64,000 nucleotides of DNA from Pseudonocardia sp. (GCF_035489915.1 NZ_DATHIT010001015.1); one strand, 5' to 3'. Shown: positions 31,086 through 41,331, counted from the stretch's first letter. Notes: a model not told the origin generated them from the sequence alone. Program-made: numbers and translations.

Positions 31086-32169
31086 GCTGACGCTGGACTC
31101 GACCGCCGGCCAGGACGACCTGCTCCACGAGCTCGCCGCCGTGGTCCGCGCGGCGTTGGCTGGCGAGGTCGGCAAGGACTGGCGTCGTTACGGTGAGCTG
31201 GGCTGGCTCTCCCTGCTGGTGCCGGAGCACCGCGGCGGCGCGGGCGCCGACGACCGCGCGGCCGCGGTCGTCGCACGCGGTATGGGACGGGCCTGCCGGC
31301 ACGACCCGTACGTCGCCACCGTGATGGCGGCCCGCTGCCTGGCCGAGCTCCCCGCCTCACCGGGTGTCGACGCCCGGCTGCGTCCACTGATCGACGGCTC
31401 ACTGCGGGCGGTGCTGGCCTGGCAGAGCGAATCGGGCGACGGCTACGAGCCACCGAGTTCGTCACCGGTACTCCTCACCGGCGGCGCCGAGCCGCGGCTG
31501 TCCGGAACGGCCTGGTGGGTGCCGACTGCGGACGCCGACACCTACCTGGTGGTGGCCGACCGGGACGGCGTGCCCGTGCTGGTCGCGGTCGAGCAGGTCG
31601 GTGACGGGGTGCGCGTGGTCCCGACCGGCGCCGCGGACGGCACCACCTGGGCCCGGCTGGAGCTGCGTGACGCCCCCGCGGCGGACGTGCTGGCCAGCGG
31701 GGATCAGGTGGCGCAAGCGCTGCGGACCGCCGTGCACACCGGCGCGCTACTGTGCGCGGCCGAGCTGCTCGGGCTGGTGGACCGGATGCTCGAGCTGACC
31801 GTCGAGTACCTGTCGAACCGACGGCAGTTCGGCAGGCCGATCGGTAGTTTCCAGGTGCTGCGCCACCGCGCGGTGGACATGTGGCTGCAGCAGCGGCTCA
31901 CCGACGCGGCACTGGATTCCGCGCTGCGGCGGTTCGGCGCGCCGAACGCCGACCTGACCACCCGCGCGCTCGCGGCGAGTAGCGCGAAGGCGCGTGCCTC
32001 GGCGACCGCGTTGCGGGTGGCCGGTGAGGCGGTGCAGCTGCACGGCGCGATCGGGTTCACCGAGGAGCACGAGCTGGGTCGGTACGTGAACCGGGTTCTG
32101 GTGCTGGCCGCCTGGCTGGGCAACGCGCGGGTGCACGCTCGCCGCTACGACCGGATGGTGGCGTCGTGA
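31078..32169 (+). CDS. Acyl-CoA dehydrogenase, short subunit of a probable heteromeric pair
   Basis: RRQFGRPIGSFQVLRHR, VQLHGAIGFT.E; lacks the TEP..GSD motif; overlaps the next ACAD. Confidence 0.85.
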   Translation: MAELTLDSTAGQDDLLHELAAVVRAALAGEVGKDWRRYGELGWLSLLVPEHRGGAGADDRAAAVVARGMGRACRHDPYVATVMAARCLAELPASPGVDARLRPLIDGSLRAVLAWQSESGDGYEPPSSSPVLLTGGAEPRLSGTAWWVPTADADTYLVVADRDGVPVLVAVEQVGDGVRVVPTGAADGTTWARLELRDAPAADVLASGDQVAQALRTAVHTGALLCAAELLGLVDRMLELTVEYLSNRRQFGRPIGSFQVLRHRAVDMWLQQRLTDAALDSALRRFGAPNADLTTRALAASSAKARASATALRVAGEAVQLHGAIGFTEEHELGRYVNRVLVLAAWLGNARVHARRYDRMVAS

Positions 32170-33344
32170 ACGTTCGGTACGGGGTCGAGCCGGAGCGTGA
32201 CTGGAACGCGCTGGACGACGAAGAGTTCCGCGCGCTGGTCCGCACCGAGTTCGAACAGCACTACCCGCCGACGCTGCGGTACCCGCCGCGTCGGCTGCTG
32301 TGGAAAGAACAGTCGGACTGGTACCTGCGCATGGCGGCCAAAGGCTGGATCGCCCCCAACTGGCCGGTCGAGCATGGCGGCATGGGGTTGTCCCCGGCCA
32401 AGTTGCTGATCTTCTTTGAGGAGCAGGAGCGGCACGGCATCGCCCGGTTCCAGGACCACGGCATTCGGATGATCGGGCCGGCGCTGATGCGGTTCGGCAC
32501 CGAGGAGCAGCGGCGGCGACTGCTGCCGCCGATCCTGCGCTGCGAGCACCGGTACTGCCAGGGTTACTCCGAGCCGGAGGCCGGCTCCGACCTGGCTTCG
32601 CTGCGCACCACCGCGGTCCGCGACGGTCAGAGCTGGCGGGTCAACGGCACCAAGATCTGGACGACGATGGCGCACGACGCCACCCGAATGTTCTTGCTCG
32701 CGCGGACGGGCGACGAGGGCCCGCCGCAGGCGCAGATCAGCTTTTTCCTGCTCGACCTCACCACGCCGGGGGTGACAATCCGGCCGATCCGGGACATCGC
32801 CGGTGAGCGGGAACTGTGCGAGGTGTTCCTCGACGACGTGCGCATCCCGGCGGAGAACCTGGTCGGGGAGGTCAACCGGGGTTGGACGGTGGCCAAGTCG
32901 GTGCTCGGGTTCGAGCGGGTACACGTGGGCAGCCCGCAGCTGCCGCTGTCCGGGTTGACGTTGCTCGAGCGGCTCGCGGCGGCGCGCGGGCTGACCGACG
33001 ACCCCGCCTATCGCGACCAGGTGGCGCAGCTGCGCCTCGACGTTGCGCACCTCAGCGACATCCATGAGCAGTTCGCGAGGAAGCTCAGCCGAGGCGAGGC
33101 GCTCGGTCCTGACGTCTCGCTGCTCAAGATCTGGGCGACCGAGACGTTCCAGCGGATCGCGGACCTCGTCATCGAGATTGCCGGTCCGGCCGGTGGTGCC
33201 GCCGGAGAGGTCCCGGTGGGCAATGACCAGATCCGGATTCTCAGCGGGTACTACCGGGCCCGGCCCAGCACGATCTACGGCGGCTCGAGCGAAGTCCAGC
33301 GCGACATCATCGCGAAACAGGTGCTCAAGCTGCCTTCGGCTTGA
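32166..33344 (+). CDS. Acyl-CoA dehydrogenase (PimC/ChsE-like catalytic subunit)
   Basis: CQGYSEPEAGSDLASL, NGTKIWT, TIYGGSSEVQR. Confidence 0.9.
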   Translation: MNVRYGVEPERDWNALDDEEFRALVRTEFEQHYPPTLRYPPRRLLWKEQSDWYLRMAAKGWIAPNWPVEHGGMGLSPAKLLIFFEEQERHGIARFQDHGIRMIGPALMRFGTEEQRRRLLPPILRCEHRYCQGYSEPEAGSDLASLRTTAVRDGQSWRVNGTKIWTTMAHDATRMFLLARTGDEGPPQAQISFFLLDLTTPGVTIRPIRDIAGERELCEVFLDDVRIPAENLVGEVNRGWTVAKSVLGFERVHVGSPQLPLSGLTLLERLAAARGLTDDPAYRDQVAQLRLDVAHLSDIHEQFARKLSRGEALGPDVSLLKIWATETFQRIADLVIEIAGPAGGAAGEVPVGNDQIRILSGYYRARPSTIYGGSSEVQRDIIAKQVLKLPSA

Positions 33345-33366
33345 GCCCATCAGCAGTGGAGGACCC

Positions 33367-34743
33367 GTGAGTAGGCGGCGAACGGACCAGATGGCCCTGG
33401 TGGCCTTCATGCAGGCCTCGAACGTGTCGGTGTTCGCCGGCTCGTGGCGCTGGCCCTCGAGCGCGGAGGACTATCTCGATCTCCGCTACTACCAGCGGAT
33501 CGCGCGGACGTTGGAGGACGGCACCTTCGACCTCATGTTCTTCGACGACCGTCTGGCCATGCCGGCGATCTACGGCGACTCGGTCGCCGAGGCCGTCCGG
33601 TACGGCGCTCGGCCGATCAAGCTGGACCTGATGACCGTGCTCGGGGTGTGCGCGGGCGCCACCGAGAAGCTCGGGCTGGGGGCCACCTATTCGACCACCT
33701 ACTACCCGCCGTTCCATGTGGCGCGGTCGTTCGCGACGCTCGATCACCTCTCCGGCGGCCGGGCCGCGTGGAACGTAGTCACGTCGGTCAACGACGCCGA
33801 GGCCCGCAACTTCGGGATGGACGTGCACCTCGGCCACGATGCCCGCTACGACCGGGCCGACGAGTTCGTCGAGCTGGTGTCCCGGTTGTGGGACTCCTGG
33901 GAGGACGGCGCCATCATCGCCGACCGAGCCGCCGGGATGTTCGCCGACCCGGCCAAGGTCCACGAGCTGCACCACCGGGGCGAGTTTTTCGAGGTGCGGG
34001 GACCGCTCACGGTGCCGAGGCCACCGCAGGGCCGCCCACCGATCATCCAGGCAGGCTCGTCGGGCCGAGGGCGGGACTTCGCGGCCAAGTGGGCTGACCT
34101 GATCTTCACCGCGGCACCCAACCTGGCCATGGCCAAGGAGCACTACCGCGACCAGAAGGAGCGCATCGCCACGCTGGGCCGCGACCCGAGCAAGGTGCGG
34201 ATGCTGCCGATGGCCTACGTCGTGGTGGGGGAGACCGAGGCGCACGCCAAGGAGAAGGAGGACATCTTCCTCAACCAGTTGGTCGACCCCATGGCGTCGT
34301 TGACGCTGCTCTCGGAACTGACGAACTACGACTTCTCCGGCCACGCGCTCGACGACGAGGTCACCGACGAGCTGATCGACTCGGTGTCCGGCATCCGCGG
34401 CCTGGTGCAGGGGGTCCGCAAGTCCCTCGGTGACCAGCCGCTGACGTTGCGGAGGTTGGCCTCCCACCGCGCGACCCTGCTTCAGGGGCCGAGGTTCGTG
34501 GGCACCGGCGACCAGGTGGCCGAGCAGATGCACGCCTGGTTCGACGAAGAGGCGTGCGATGGGTTCGTTGTGGCCGCCACCCACCTGCCCGGCACCTTCG
34601 AGGAGTTCGTGCGCATGGTGGTGCCCGGGCTGCGTCGCCGTGGGGTGTTCCGAACCGCGTATTCCGGTACGACCCTGCGGGAACACCTCGGATTGGCCCG
34701 GCCCGAGCGGATGCCCGAGCCGGCGGTGCTGGCGGCACCGTGA
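33367..34743 (+). CDS. FMNH2-dependent monooxygenase, NtaA/DszA/SnaA family
   Basis: ATYSTTYYPPFHVAR.FATLDHLSGGRAAWNVVTS, PQGRPPIIQAGSS, TLREHLGL; GGAGG before GTG 33367. Confidence 0.9.
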   Translation: MSRRRTDQMALVAFMQASNVSVFAGSWRWPSSAEDYLDLRYYQRIARTLEDGTFDLMFFDDRLAMPAIYGDSVAEAVRYGARPIKLDLMTVLGVCAGATEKLGLGATYSTTYYPPFHVARSFATLDHLSGGRAAWNVVTSVNDAEARNFGMDVHLGHDARYDRADEFVELVSRLWDSWEDGAIIADRAAGMFADPAKVHELHHRGEFFEVRGPLTVPRPPQGRPPIIQAGSSGRGRDFAAKWADLIFTAAPNLAMAKEHYRDQKERIATLGRDPSKVRMLPMAYVVVGETEAHAKEKEDIFLNQLVDPMASLTLLSELTNYDFSGHALDDEVTDELIDSVSGIRGLVQGVRKSLGDQPLTLRRLASHRATLLQGPRFVGTGDQVAEQMHAWFDEEACDGFVVAATHLPGTFEEFVRMVVPGLRRRGVFRTAYSGTTLREHLGLARPERMPEPAVLAAP

Positions 34744-35204
34744 GCGGACCCCGGCTGATCGAGCCGGACGGCCCGGTCCTGCTGCTGGATCTCGGTAGCG
34801 GGGAGAACCGGTTCACCGTCGACTCGATCGAGCGGCTGCGGACGCTGCTCGACGAGGTGGCCCGCGAGCCGGCACCGAAGGCGCTGGTCATCCTCGCGCG
34901 CGGCAAGTTCTTCAGCAACGGACTCGATCTGAGCTGGATGCGGACGAAGCTGCCCGCCCGCACCGCGCACACCGCGATGACCACCGGGCGCCGTTACGGT
35001 GCCGCGGAGGCTCTTGCGGCCGGCATCGCGGACGCCTGCGAACCCACGGACGAGGGCGTGCTCGCGCGCGCCACGGAACTCGCCACCGGTCTCGCGGAGA
35101 ATGCCGGCGCGGCGCTCGGGGTGGTTCGGGCCCGGCTCTATGCGTCGGCAATCAGTGCGTTGCGCGCCGACACATTCACTGCCACTGCAGAGGAGAAAAC
35201 ATGA
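34740..35204 (+). pseudogene. Enoyl-CoA hydratase/isomerase with in-frame internal deletion
   Basis: GENRF..GKFFSNGLDLSWM is joined directly to ..AMTTGRRYGA.EAL. The central AA.NG/catalytic segment is missing; only 154 aa. Confidence 0.7.
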
Positions 35205-35980
35205 CCACAACCGAAGCGGACGTCGTCCTGGAGGTCGAAGACCACGGGGCGGTGAAGGTGGTGCGTTTGGCGCGCCCGCACGCACGCAACGCGGTCAACA
35301 CTCAGCTGCATCGCGAACTCACCGAAATCTGGGGGCGGCTGGCGGCCGATCCGGACGTTCGGGCGGTGCTGCTGTGCGGATCGGGCGGTGCGTTCTCGGC
35401 CGGCGGGGACGCCGAATGGTTGCACAAGGTGGCCAACGACCAGGTCGAACGCGCCCGCTCGCTGGACGAGGCGAAACGGCTGGCCGGCGACATGCTGCGC
35501 TTCCCGCTGCCGATCGTCGCGGCCGTCGAGGGGCCGGCGGTGGGACTCGGCTCCAGCCTGGCCTCGCTGTGCGATCTCGTGATCATGGGCGAGAGCGCCT
35601 ACTTCGCTGACCCGCACGTCGCGATCGGTGTGGTCGCCGGCGACGGCGCGGTGGCCACCTGGCCGTTCCTGATCAGCATGATGCGGGCCAAGGAGTTCCT
35701 CTACACCGGCGCGAAGATCGACGCATCGACCGCGGTCCAACTCGGGTTGGCGTGCCGTGCCGTCCCCGACGACCAGGTGCTCACCGAGGCGATGGCGCTC
35801 GCGCAACGGTTGGCCGAGCTGCCAGCCACGGCTCTGCGGGCCACCAAGCGCGCGCTGAACATGCAGCTGGAGCGAGCTTCGATCGGGGTGCTCGACTACG
35901 CGTGCGCCACCGAGGCCGAGACGTTCACCCTGCCGGAGTTCCAGCAGAAGCTGGCCGCGATGCGGTCGAGGTCCCGATGA
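35201..35980 (+). CDS. Enoyl-CoA hydratase/isomerase
   Basis: RNAVN, FSAGGD, PIVAAVEGPAVGLG, DPHV.IG.VAGDG. Confidence 0.9.
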   Translation: MTTTEADVVLEVEDHGAVKVVRLARPHARNAVNTQLHRELTEIWGRLAADPDVRAVLLCGSGGAFSAGGDAEWLHKVANDQVERARSLDEAKRLAGDMLRFPLPIVAAVEGPAVGLGSSLASLCDLVIMGESAYFADPHVAIGVVAGDGAVATWPFLISMMRAKEFLYTGAKIDASTAVQLGLACRAVPDDQVLTEAMALAQRLAELPATALRATKRALNMQLERASIGVLDYACATEAETFTLPEFQQKLAAMRSRSR

Positions 35981-37158
35981 GCACCGACCGGATCGGAGGT
36001 CCCTTCCGCGCGGTTTACCAGGAGGGACACGAGCTGTTCCGACAAACCGTCCGTGCATTCATCCAAAAGCGCGTAAAGCCATTCGACGAGAAATGGGAAC
36101 GCGCGGGTGTAGTGGACCGCTCCCTCTACACCGACGCAGGGTTGCAGGGCCTTATCGGTTTCGAGGTCCCCGAGGAGTACGGCGGCGCGGGCGTGCGCGA
36201 CTTCCGGTTCAACGCCGTCATCCAGGAGGAGTTCGGCTACGCCGGTTACACCTCAGCGGCGAGCTGTCTGTCGCTCCACAACGACGTGGTGCTGCCCTAT
36301 TTCCTGGCCGCCAACGAGGAGCAACGAGCCCGCTGGCTCCCCACAATTGGCAGCGGCAAGACAGTCACCGCCATCGCCATGACCGAGCCCGGGACCGGCA
36401 GCGATCTGGCCGGAATCCGAACCAGAGCTCGCCGTGACGGCGACGAATACGTGCTGGACGGGGCCAAGACGTTCATCACCAGCGGGCAGAATGCCGATCT
36501 GGTGATCGTGGTGGCGCGGACCGCCGACCACCCGCACCAGGGGCTGACCCTGCTGGTGGTCGATCGCGGCATGCCCGGGTTCCAGCGGGGGCGCAACCTC
36601 GACAAGATCGGCCAACACGGACAGGACACCAGCGAGTTGTCGTTCACCGGGGTCCGGGTACCGGTGGCCAACCGGCTGGGGAAGGAGAACGAGGCCTTCT
36701 CCTGGCTCATGCGCAACCTCCCGCAGGAGCGGCTCACCATCGCGGTGAACGCGACCGCCTCGGCGGCCGGTGCGTTGGACCGCACCCTGGACTACGTGAC
36801 CCAACGGCACGCGTTCGGCCAGCCGATCGGCGCCTTCCAGAACAGCAAGTTCCTGCTGGCCGAGCTGGCCACCGAGGTCGACCTGGCGCGCACGTTCGTC
36901 GCCGACTGCCTGGCCGCGCACGTCGCCGCGCAGCTGACCCCGCAACGGGCGGCCAAGGCGAAGTGGTGGACCACCGAACTGCTGACCAGGGTCGTCGACC
37001 GGTGCCTGCAGCTGCACGGGGGATATGGCTACATGACCGAGTACCCCATTGCCCGCTCGTACGTCGACGCCCGCGTGCAGACCATCTACGGCGGCACGAC
37101 CGAGATCATGAAAGAGATCATCGGCCGCGACCTGCTGGCCTCGGTCGACCGCCGATAG
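35977..37158 (+). CDS. Acyl-CoA dehydrogenase (LCAD-like; paralog of 17031..18209)
   Basis: AMTEPGTGSDL, GGYGYMTEYPIAR, IYGGTTEIMK; ATGA overlap with the upstream gene. Confidence 0.92.
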   Translation: MSTDRIGGPFRAVYQEGHELFRQTVRAFIQKRVKPFDEKWERAGVVDRSLYTDAGLQGLIGFEVPEEYGGAGVRDFRFNAVIQEEFGYAGYTSAASCLSLHNDVVLPYFLAANEEQRARWLPTIGSGKTVTAIAMTEPGTGSDLAGIRTRARRDGDEYVLDGAKTFITSGQNADLVIVVARTADHPHQGLTLLVVDRGMPGFQRGRNLDKIGQHGQDTSELSFTGVRVPVANRLGKENEAFSWLMRNLPQERLTIAVNATASAAGALDRTLDYVTQRHAFGQPIGAFQNSKFLLAELATEVDLARTFVADCLAAHVAAQLTPQRAAKAKWWTTELLTRVVDRCLQLHGGYGYMTEYPIARSYVDARVQTIYGGTTEIMKEIIGRDLLASVDRR

Positions 37159-37165
37159 ACCGCCC

Positions 37166-37198
37166 GGCCCACGACAGGAACCCGCCCGATCGTGGGCG
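37166..37198. terminator. Hairpin between convergent genes
   Basis: GCCCACGA...TCGTGGGC inverted repeat between the ACAD and acyl-CoA ligase stops. Confidence 0.4.
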
Positions 37199-37206
37199 AG
37201 CGGTGG

Positions 37207-38766
37207 TCAGTTCACCCGGCGGCCGATGCCGGCCCAGTAGGGCTCGCGCAGCTGTCGTTTGAGCAGCTTGCCCGACGGGTTGCGGGGCAGCTCGATCACG
37301 ATGTCCACCGAGGTCGGGCATTTGTAGCCGGCGAGCGACTCGCGGCAGAACGCCAACAGCTCGCCCGGGTCGACCGTCGCGCCCGGTCGTGGCACGACCA
37401 GGGCCTTCGGCGTCTCGCCCCAGCGCTCGTGCGGTACGCCGATCACCGCCACGTCCGCGACGGTCGGATGGCTGGCCAGGACGTTCTCGATCTCGGCCGG
37501 GTACACGTTCTCCCCACCGGAGACGATCATGTCCTTGATGCGGTCGTGCAGGTACAGGAACCCGTCGTCGTCGAAGTACCCCGCATCGCCGGTCCGGAAG
37601 AAGCCGTCGTCGGTGAACGCCGCCCGGGTGGCCTCGTCGTGGCGCCAGTACCCCAGCATGTTCTGCGTCGACCGCACCAGGATTTCGCCGACCTCGCCGG
37701 CAGGCAGCCGCGCACCGCTGTCCGGCGACACCACGACGACCTCGTTCCACGGCAGCGGCCGTCCGCACGAGCGCAGCAGGTCGGGCCGGTGGACCGGGTC
37801 GTGGAACCGGGACTCCAGCTGGCACACCGACCCGCTGCACTCGGTGATGCCGTAGAGATGGATGAAGTCGCACCGGAACCGCTCCATGGCCCGCCGCAGC
37901 ACCGTGTCGGTGATCGGCGAGGCGCCGTAGAGAATCGCGCGGAGCGACGACCAGTCACTGTCGCTGATCCCCGGGGTGTCGAGCAGGAACTGGATGACCG
38001 AGGGCACCAGGAACACGTTGGTCACCCGGCGGGCGGTGATCGTCTCCGCGATCCGCACGGGGTCGACCTCCGGGAGCAGCACTGTGGTCGCGCCCGGCAG
38101 CAGGCTCAGCAGTGCCGCGCCCGTACCACCGATGTGGAACAGCGGCATCGCCACCAGGTTCACGCTGTCCGCGTCGTAGCGCCAGAACTCGCACATCTCG
38201 GCCATCCGACCGAGCACGCTGGCGTTGGTCAGCTGTACGCCCTTCGGGCGCCCGGTGGTGCCTGAGGTGTACATCTGCACGACCACGTCGTCCGGGTGTG
38301 GCTGGTGACCCGGGTCGGTCGCGGGGTGCTCGCCCAGCCAATCCTCGAACGACCGGTACCGGCCGGCCGGGCCGAGCTGCAGGATCGTGCGCACGTGGGG
38401 CAGCTCGGCCTCGATGCCCGCCACCGTCTCGACGAACTCGGGCCCGACGACCAGGACCGGTGCCTCCGCGTGGTCGACGATGTAGGCGATCTCCGGTGCG
38501 GCCAGTCGCCAGTTGACCGGCAGCGCGACGGCGCCGCACTTCGCCGTGCCGAGCAGCACCTCGAGTACCGCCGGGTGGTTCTTGCTGAGCACCGCGACCC
38601 GATCGCCGGCCCGCACCCCGCCGGCGACCAGGCCGGCCGCGAGCTGGTCGGTGCGTTCCGCCAGGCGTGCATAGCTGAGCGTGGTGTCCTCGAAGCGGAC
38701 GGCGGGATGCTCGGCACGGTCCTTGGCGTGGCTGCGAATCACACCGGCGAGGGTCGGTCCAGTCAC
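37207..38766 (-). CDS. Long-chain acyl-CoA synthetase (FadD-like)
   Basis: YTSGTTGRPKG, YGITE, RTGD, DRIKDMIVSGGENVYP, PRNPSGK. Confidence 0.93.
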   Translation of the reverse strand: MTGPTLAGVIRSHAKDRAEHPAVRFEDTTLSYARLAERTDQLAAGLVAGGVRAGDRVAVLSKNHPAVLEVLLGTAKCGAVALPVNWRLAAPEIAYIVDHAEAPVLVVGPEFVETVAGIEAELPHVRTILQLGPAGRYRSFEDWLGEHPATDPGHQPHPDDVVVQMYTSGTTGRPKGVQLTNASVLGRMAEMCEFWRYDADSVNLVAMPLFHIGGTGAALLSLLPGATTVLLPEVDPVRIAETITARRVTNVFLVPSVIQFLLDTPGISDSDWSSLRAILYGASPITDTVLRRAMERFRCDFIHLYGITECSGSVCQLESRFHDPVHRPDLLRSCGRPLPWNEVVVVSPDSGARLPAGEVGEILVRSTQNMLGYWRHDEATRAAFTDDGFFRTGDAGYFDDDGFLYLHDRIKDMIVSGGENVYPAEIENVLASHPTVADVAVIGVPHERWGETPKALVVPRPGATVDPGELLAFCRESLAGYKCPTSVDIVIELPRNPSGKLLKRQLREPYWAGIGRRVN

Positions 38767-38808
38767 GCTTCAGCTCCCGTCCTCGGTCCGCAATGACACT
38801 CTTCAGTG

Positions 38809-38827
38809 TAGTCACTACTGGTCGCTT
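38809..38827. promoter_or_regulatory. Operator site 3: TAGTCAC-TACTG-GTCGCTT
   Basis: On the minus strand it runs into TACACT (-10-like) upstream of fadD. Confidence 0.65.
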
Positions 38828-38869
38828 AATGAAGCGAAGAAGTGCAATCGACCAGGAGTTTTCCGAATA

Positions 38870-38888
38870 ATGTGACCAGTTGTCGCTT
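38870..38888. promoter_or_regulatory. Operator site 4: ATGTGAC-CAGTT-GTCGCTT
   Basis: The last TT begins TTGACT (-35-like) upstream of E1alpha. Confidence 0.68.
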
Positions 38889-39011
38889 GACTGCGGACTT
38901 TGACGCTGGTTGACTCCGGTGCACTGGGCAGTGGGCGATCAGCAGGTCGAAACGGTGTCCCGCCAGGGTTCCTGCTCCGGCCCGGAGGAATCAGCGGAAA
39001 GGACAAAGCGC

Positions 39012-39986
39012 GTGAGCGATAACCAGACGCGGCGTGGCATCTACGAACGGATGTACCGCATCCTCACGGTCGACACCACGATGCGCGGCCTCATGATGAA
39101 AGGCACCATCTCGATCATCTACTACTCGCCACGGGGTCAGGAGGCGATCCCGTCGGCGGTCTCGGCCGCGCTGACCCAGGGCGACTACATCACCACGACC
39201 TACCGCGGCCTGCACGACACGTTGGCCAAGGGGGCGCCGGTCCGCGAGGTGATCGCCGAGATCATCGGCCGCTCCGGCGGCACCTGCAAGGGCAAGGGCG
39301 GGATCATGCACCTGTCCGACCCGCGCTGCGGTGTCATGGCCACGTCCGGCATCGTCGGCGGCTCCGTCCCGATCGCGAACGGGCTGGCGCTGCGCGCGCA
39401 GATGACGGGGAGCGACGCGGTCACGGTCGCGTACTTCGGGGACGGCGCGACGAACATCGGCGCGTTCCACGAGTCGCTGAACATGGCGGCGGTGTGGCGA
39501 CTGCCGGTGGTGTTCGTGTGCCAGAACAACGAGTACGGCGAGTTCACCCCGCGCATGGAGTCGATGACCGTGAAACGGATCGCGGTGCGCGCCGACGCCT
39601 ACGCGATACCGGGGGTGACCGTCGACGGCAACGACCCGGACGCGGTGTACGAGGCCGCGAGCGCCGCGGTCGCCCGCGCCAGGGCCGGTGAGGGCCCCAC
39701 GCTGATCGAGGCGAACACCTACCGGTTCATGGGCCACATCTTCGGCGTGGACCAGATGGAGTACATGCCGAAGGAGGAGATGCAGGCCGCGCTGGCGAAT
39801 GACCCGGTCCCGGCCTACCGCGCGCGGCTGGTCGCCGAGGGCATCGCCACCGAGGACGAGCTCGCCGCACTGGAGGCCGAGGTCAAGGCCGAGGTCACGG
39901 ACGCCGTCGAGTTCGCGCTGGCCAGCCCGCCGCCCGACCCCGCCGAGACCTACACCGACGTCTACGCCGAGGCGGTGCCCGCATGA
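39012..39986 (+). CDS. TPP-dependent dehydrogenase E1 alpha subunit (acetoin/pyruvate DH family)
   Basis: GQEA, TYRG, FGDGA.N.GAFHE.LN...NN TPP motif, YRFMGH. Confidence 0.9.
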   Translation: MSDNQTRRGIYERMYRILTVDTTMRGLMMKGTISIIYYSPRGQEAIPSAVSAALTQGDYITTTYRGLHDTLAKGAPVREVIAEIIGRSGGTCKGKGGIMHLSDPRCGVMATSGIVGGSVPIANGLALRAQMTGSDAVTVAYFGDGATNIGAFHESLNMAAVWRLPVVFVCQNNEYGEFTPRMESMTVKRIAVRADAYAIPGVTVDGNDPDAVYEAASAAVARARAGEGPTLIEANTYRFMGHIFGVDQMEYMPKEEMQAALANDPVPAYRARLVAEGIATEDELAALEAEVKAEVTDAVEFALASPPPDPAETYTDVYAEAVPA

Positions 39987-40969
39987 CCGACAAGAAGACC
40001 ACCATGGTGGCTGCCCTCGCCCAGACCCTGGACTGGGCCCTGGACACCGATCCGGACGTGTTCCTGATGGGTGAGGACATCATCGACCCGACGGGTGGCG
40101 CGTTCGGCATCACCAAGGGCTTGTCCACCAAGTACGGCCGGGAGCGGGTGCGCGAGACGCCCATCTCGGAACAGGCGATCATCGGCGCCGGCATCGGCTC
40201 GGCGATGCTCGGCGGCAAGCCGATCTGCGAGATCATGATCGCGGACTTCTACGCGGTGTGCCTCGACCAGGTAGCGAACCACGCCGCCAAGCTGCGGTAC
40301 ATGTCGGGCGGGCGCACCACGGTGCCGCTGGTCATCCGGGGCATGCTGTCCGGCGGCCTGAACTTCGCCGCGCAGCACAGCCAGTCGGTGGAGGCCTGGA
40401 TGATCCACACTCCTGGCCTCAAGGTGGCGATGCCCGCGACACCCGCCGATGCGGCCGGCATCCTGCGGACCGCGATCGAGGACCCGGACCCGGTGGTGAT
40501 CTTCGAGCCGGTCGGGCTGTACGGGGCGAGCGGGCCAGCTCCGGCGGGGGAGCACCGGGTCCCGCTCGGCAAGGCCTCGGTGGCCAGGGAGGGCGCCGAC
40601 GTCACCGTCATCACCTACGGCGGCCAGGTGCCGAACGCACTCGCGGCCGCCGAGCAGGTCGCCGGTGAGGACATCTCCGTCGAGGTCGTCGACCTGCGCT
40701 GGCTGACGCCCTGGGACGAGCAGACCGTGCTGGAGTCGGTCCGCAAGACCACGCGCGCCGTCGTGGCGCACCAGGCGGTCAAACGCGCCGGCTTCGGGGC
40801 CGAGATCGCCTCGGTGCTGCAGGAGAAGCTGTGGGGCACGCTGCGCGCCCCGGTGCTGCGGGTCGCCGGCGCCAACACTCCGGTGCCGTTCGCCACCGAG
40901 CTGGAGCAGACCCACTTCCCCGGACCGGACGCCATCGCGGCGGCGGTTCGGCAGACGGTGAAGACCTGA
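39983..40969 (+). CDS. TPP-dependent dehydrogenase E1 beta subunit
   Basis: MGEDI, ETPISEQ, AAQHSQS.EAW, DPVVIFE, VDLR.L.PWD. Confidence 0.92.
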   Translation: MTDKKTTMVAALAQTLDWALDTDPDVFLMGEDIIDPTGGAFGITKGLSTKYGRERVRETPISEQAIIGAGIGSAMLGGKPICEIMIADFYAVCLDQVANHAAKLRYMSGGRTTVPLVIRGMLSGGLNFAAQHSQSVEAWMIHTPGLKVAMPATPADAAGILRTAIEDPDPVVIFEPVGLYGASGPAPAGEHRVPLGKASVAREGADVTVITYGGQVPNALAAAEQVAGEDISVEVVDLRWLTPWDEQTVLESVRKTTRAVVAHQAVKRAGFGAEIASVLQEKLWGTLRAPVLRVAGANTPVPFATELEQTHFPGPDAIAAAVRQTVKT

Positions 40970-41024
40970 CGTCGCCGCCCACGAACGACCGAGCACGCCC
41001 GGGACGCCCAGCGCGCCCCGGGCG

Positions 41025-41231
41025 CTACCGTCTGCCCGCTCGCCAGCGCGAACGGTAGTGCCTGCTCAGCGGTTCTCTGGCGGAGTCGCCGCCCGGGCCG
41101 AACAGCACAAGGACGTCGACGACGAGCGAGGCGACGAGCAGCGCGCCACCGAGGAGGAGCGCGGAAGTGGTGAGCTGCTGGTGACCCACGACGACGACAG
41201 CCACTGCCATCACCAGAACCAGCAGGCTCAT
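41025..41231 (-). CDS. Putative small membrane protein (2 TM)
   Basis: GGAGG 9 nt before ATG; MSLLVLVMAVAVVVVG...ALLLGGALLVASLVVDVLVLF hydrophobic pair. Confidence 0.45.
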   Translation of the reverse strand: MSLLVLVMAVAVVVVGHQQLTTSALLLGGALLVASLVVDVLVLFGPGGDSAREPLSRHYRSRWRAGRR

Positions 41232-41331
41232 GCCGAAAGCCCTCCAGCCTCCCCGGGCAGGCTGCACGCTACCTGGGCATAGGGGTCGGCCGCCATGCTC
41301 ACGGCCGTGCGGCCCACCCGTTTGACGGCTC

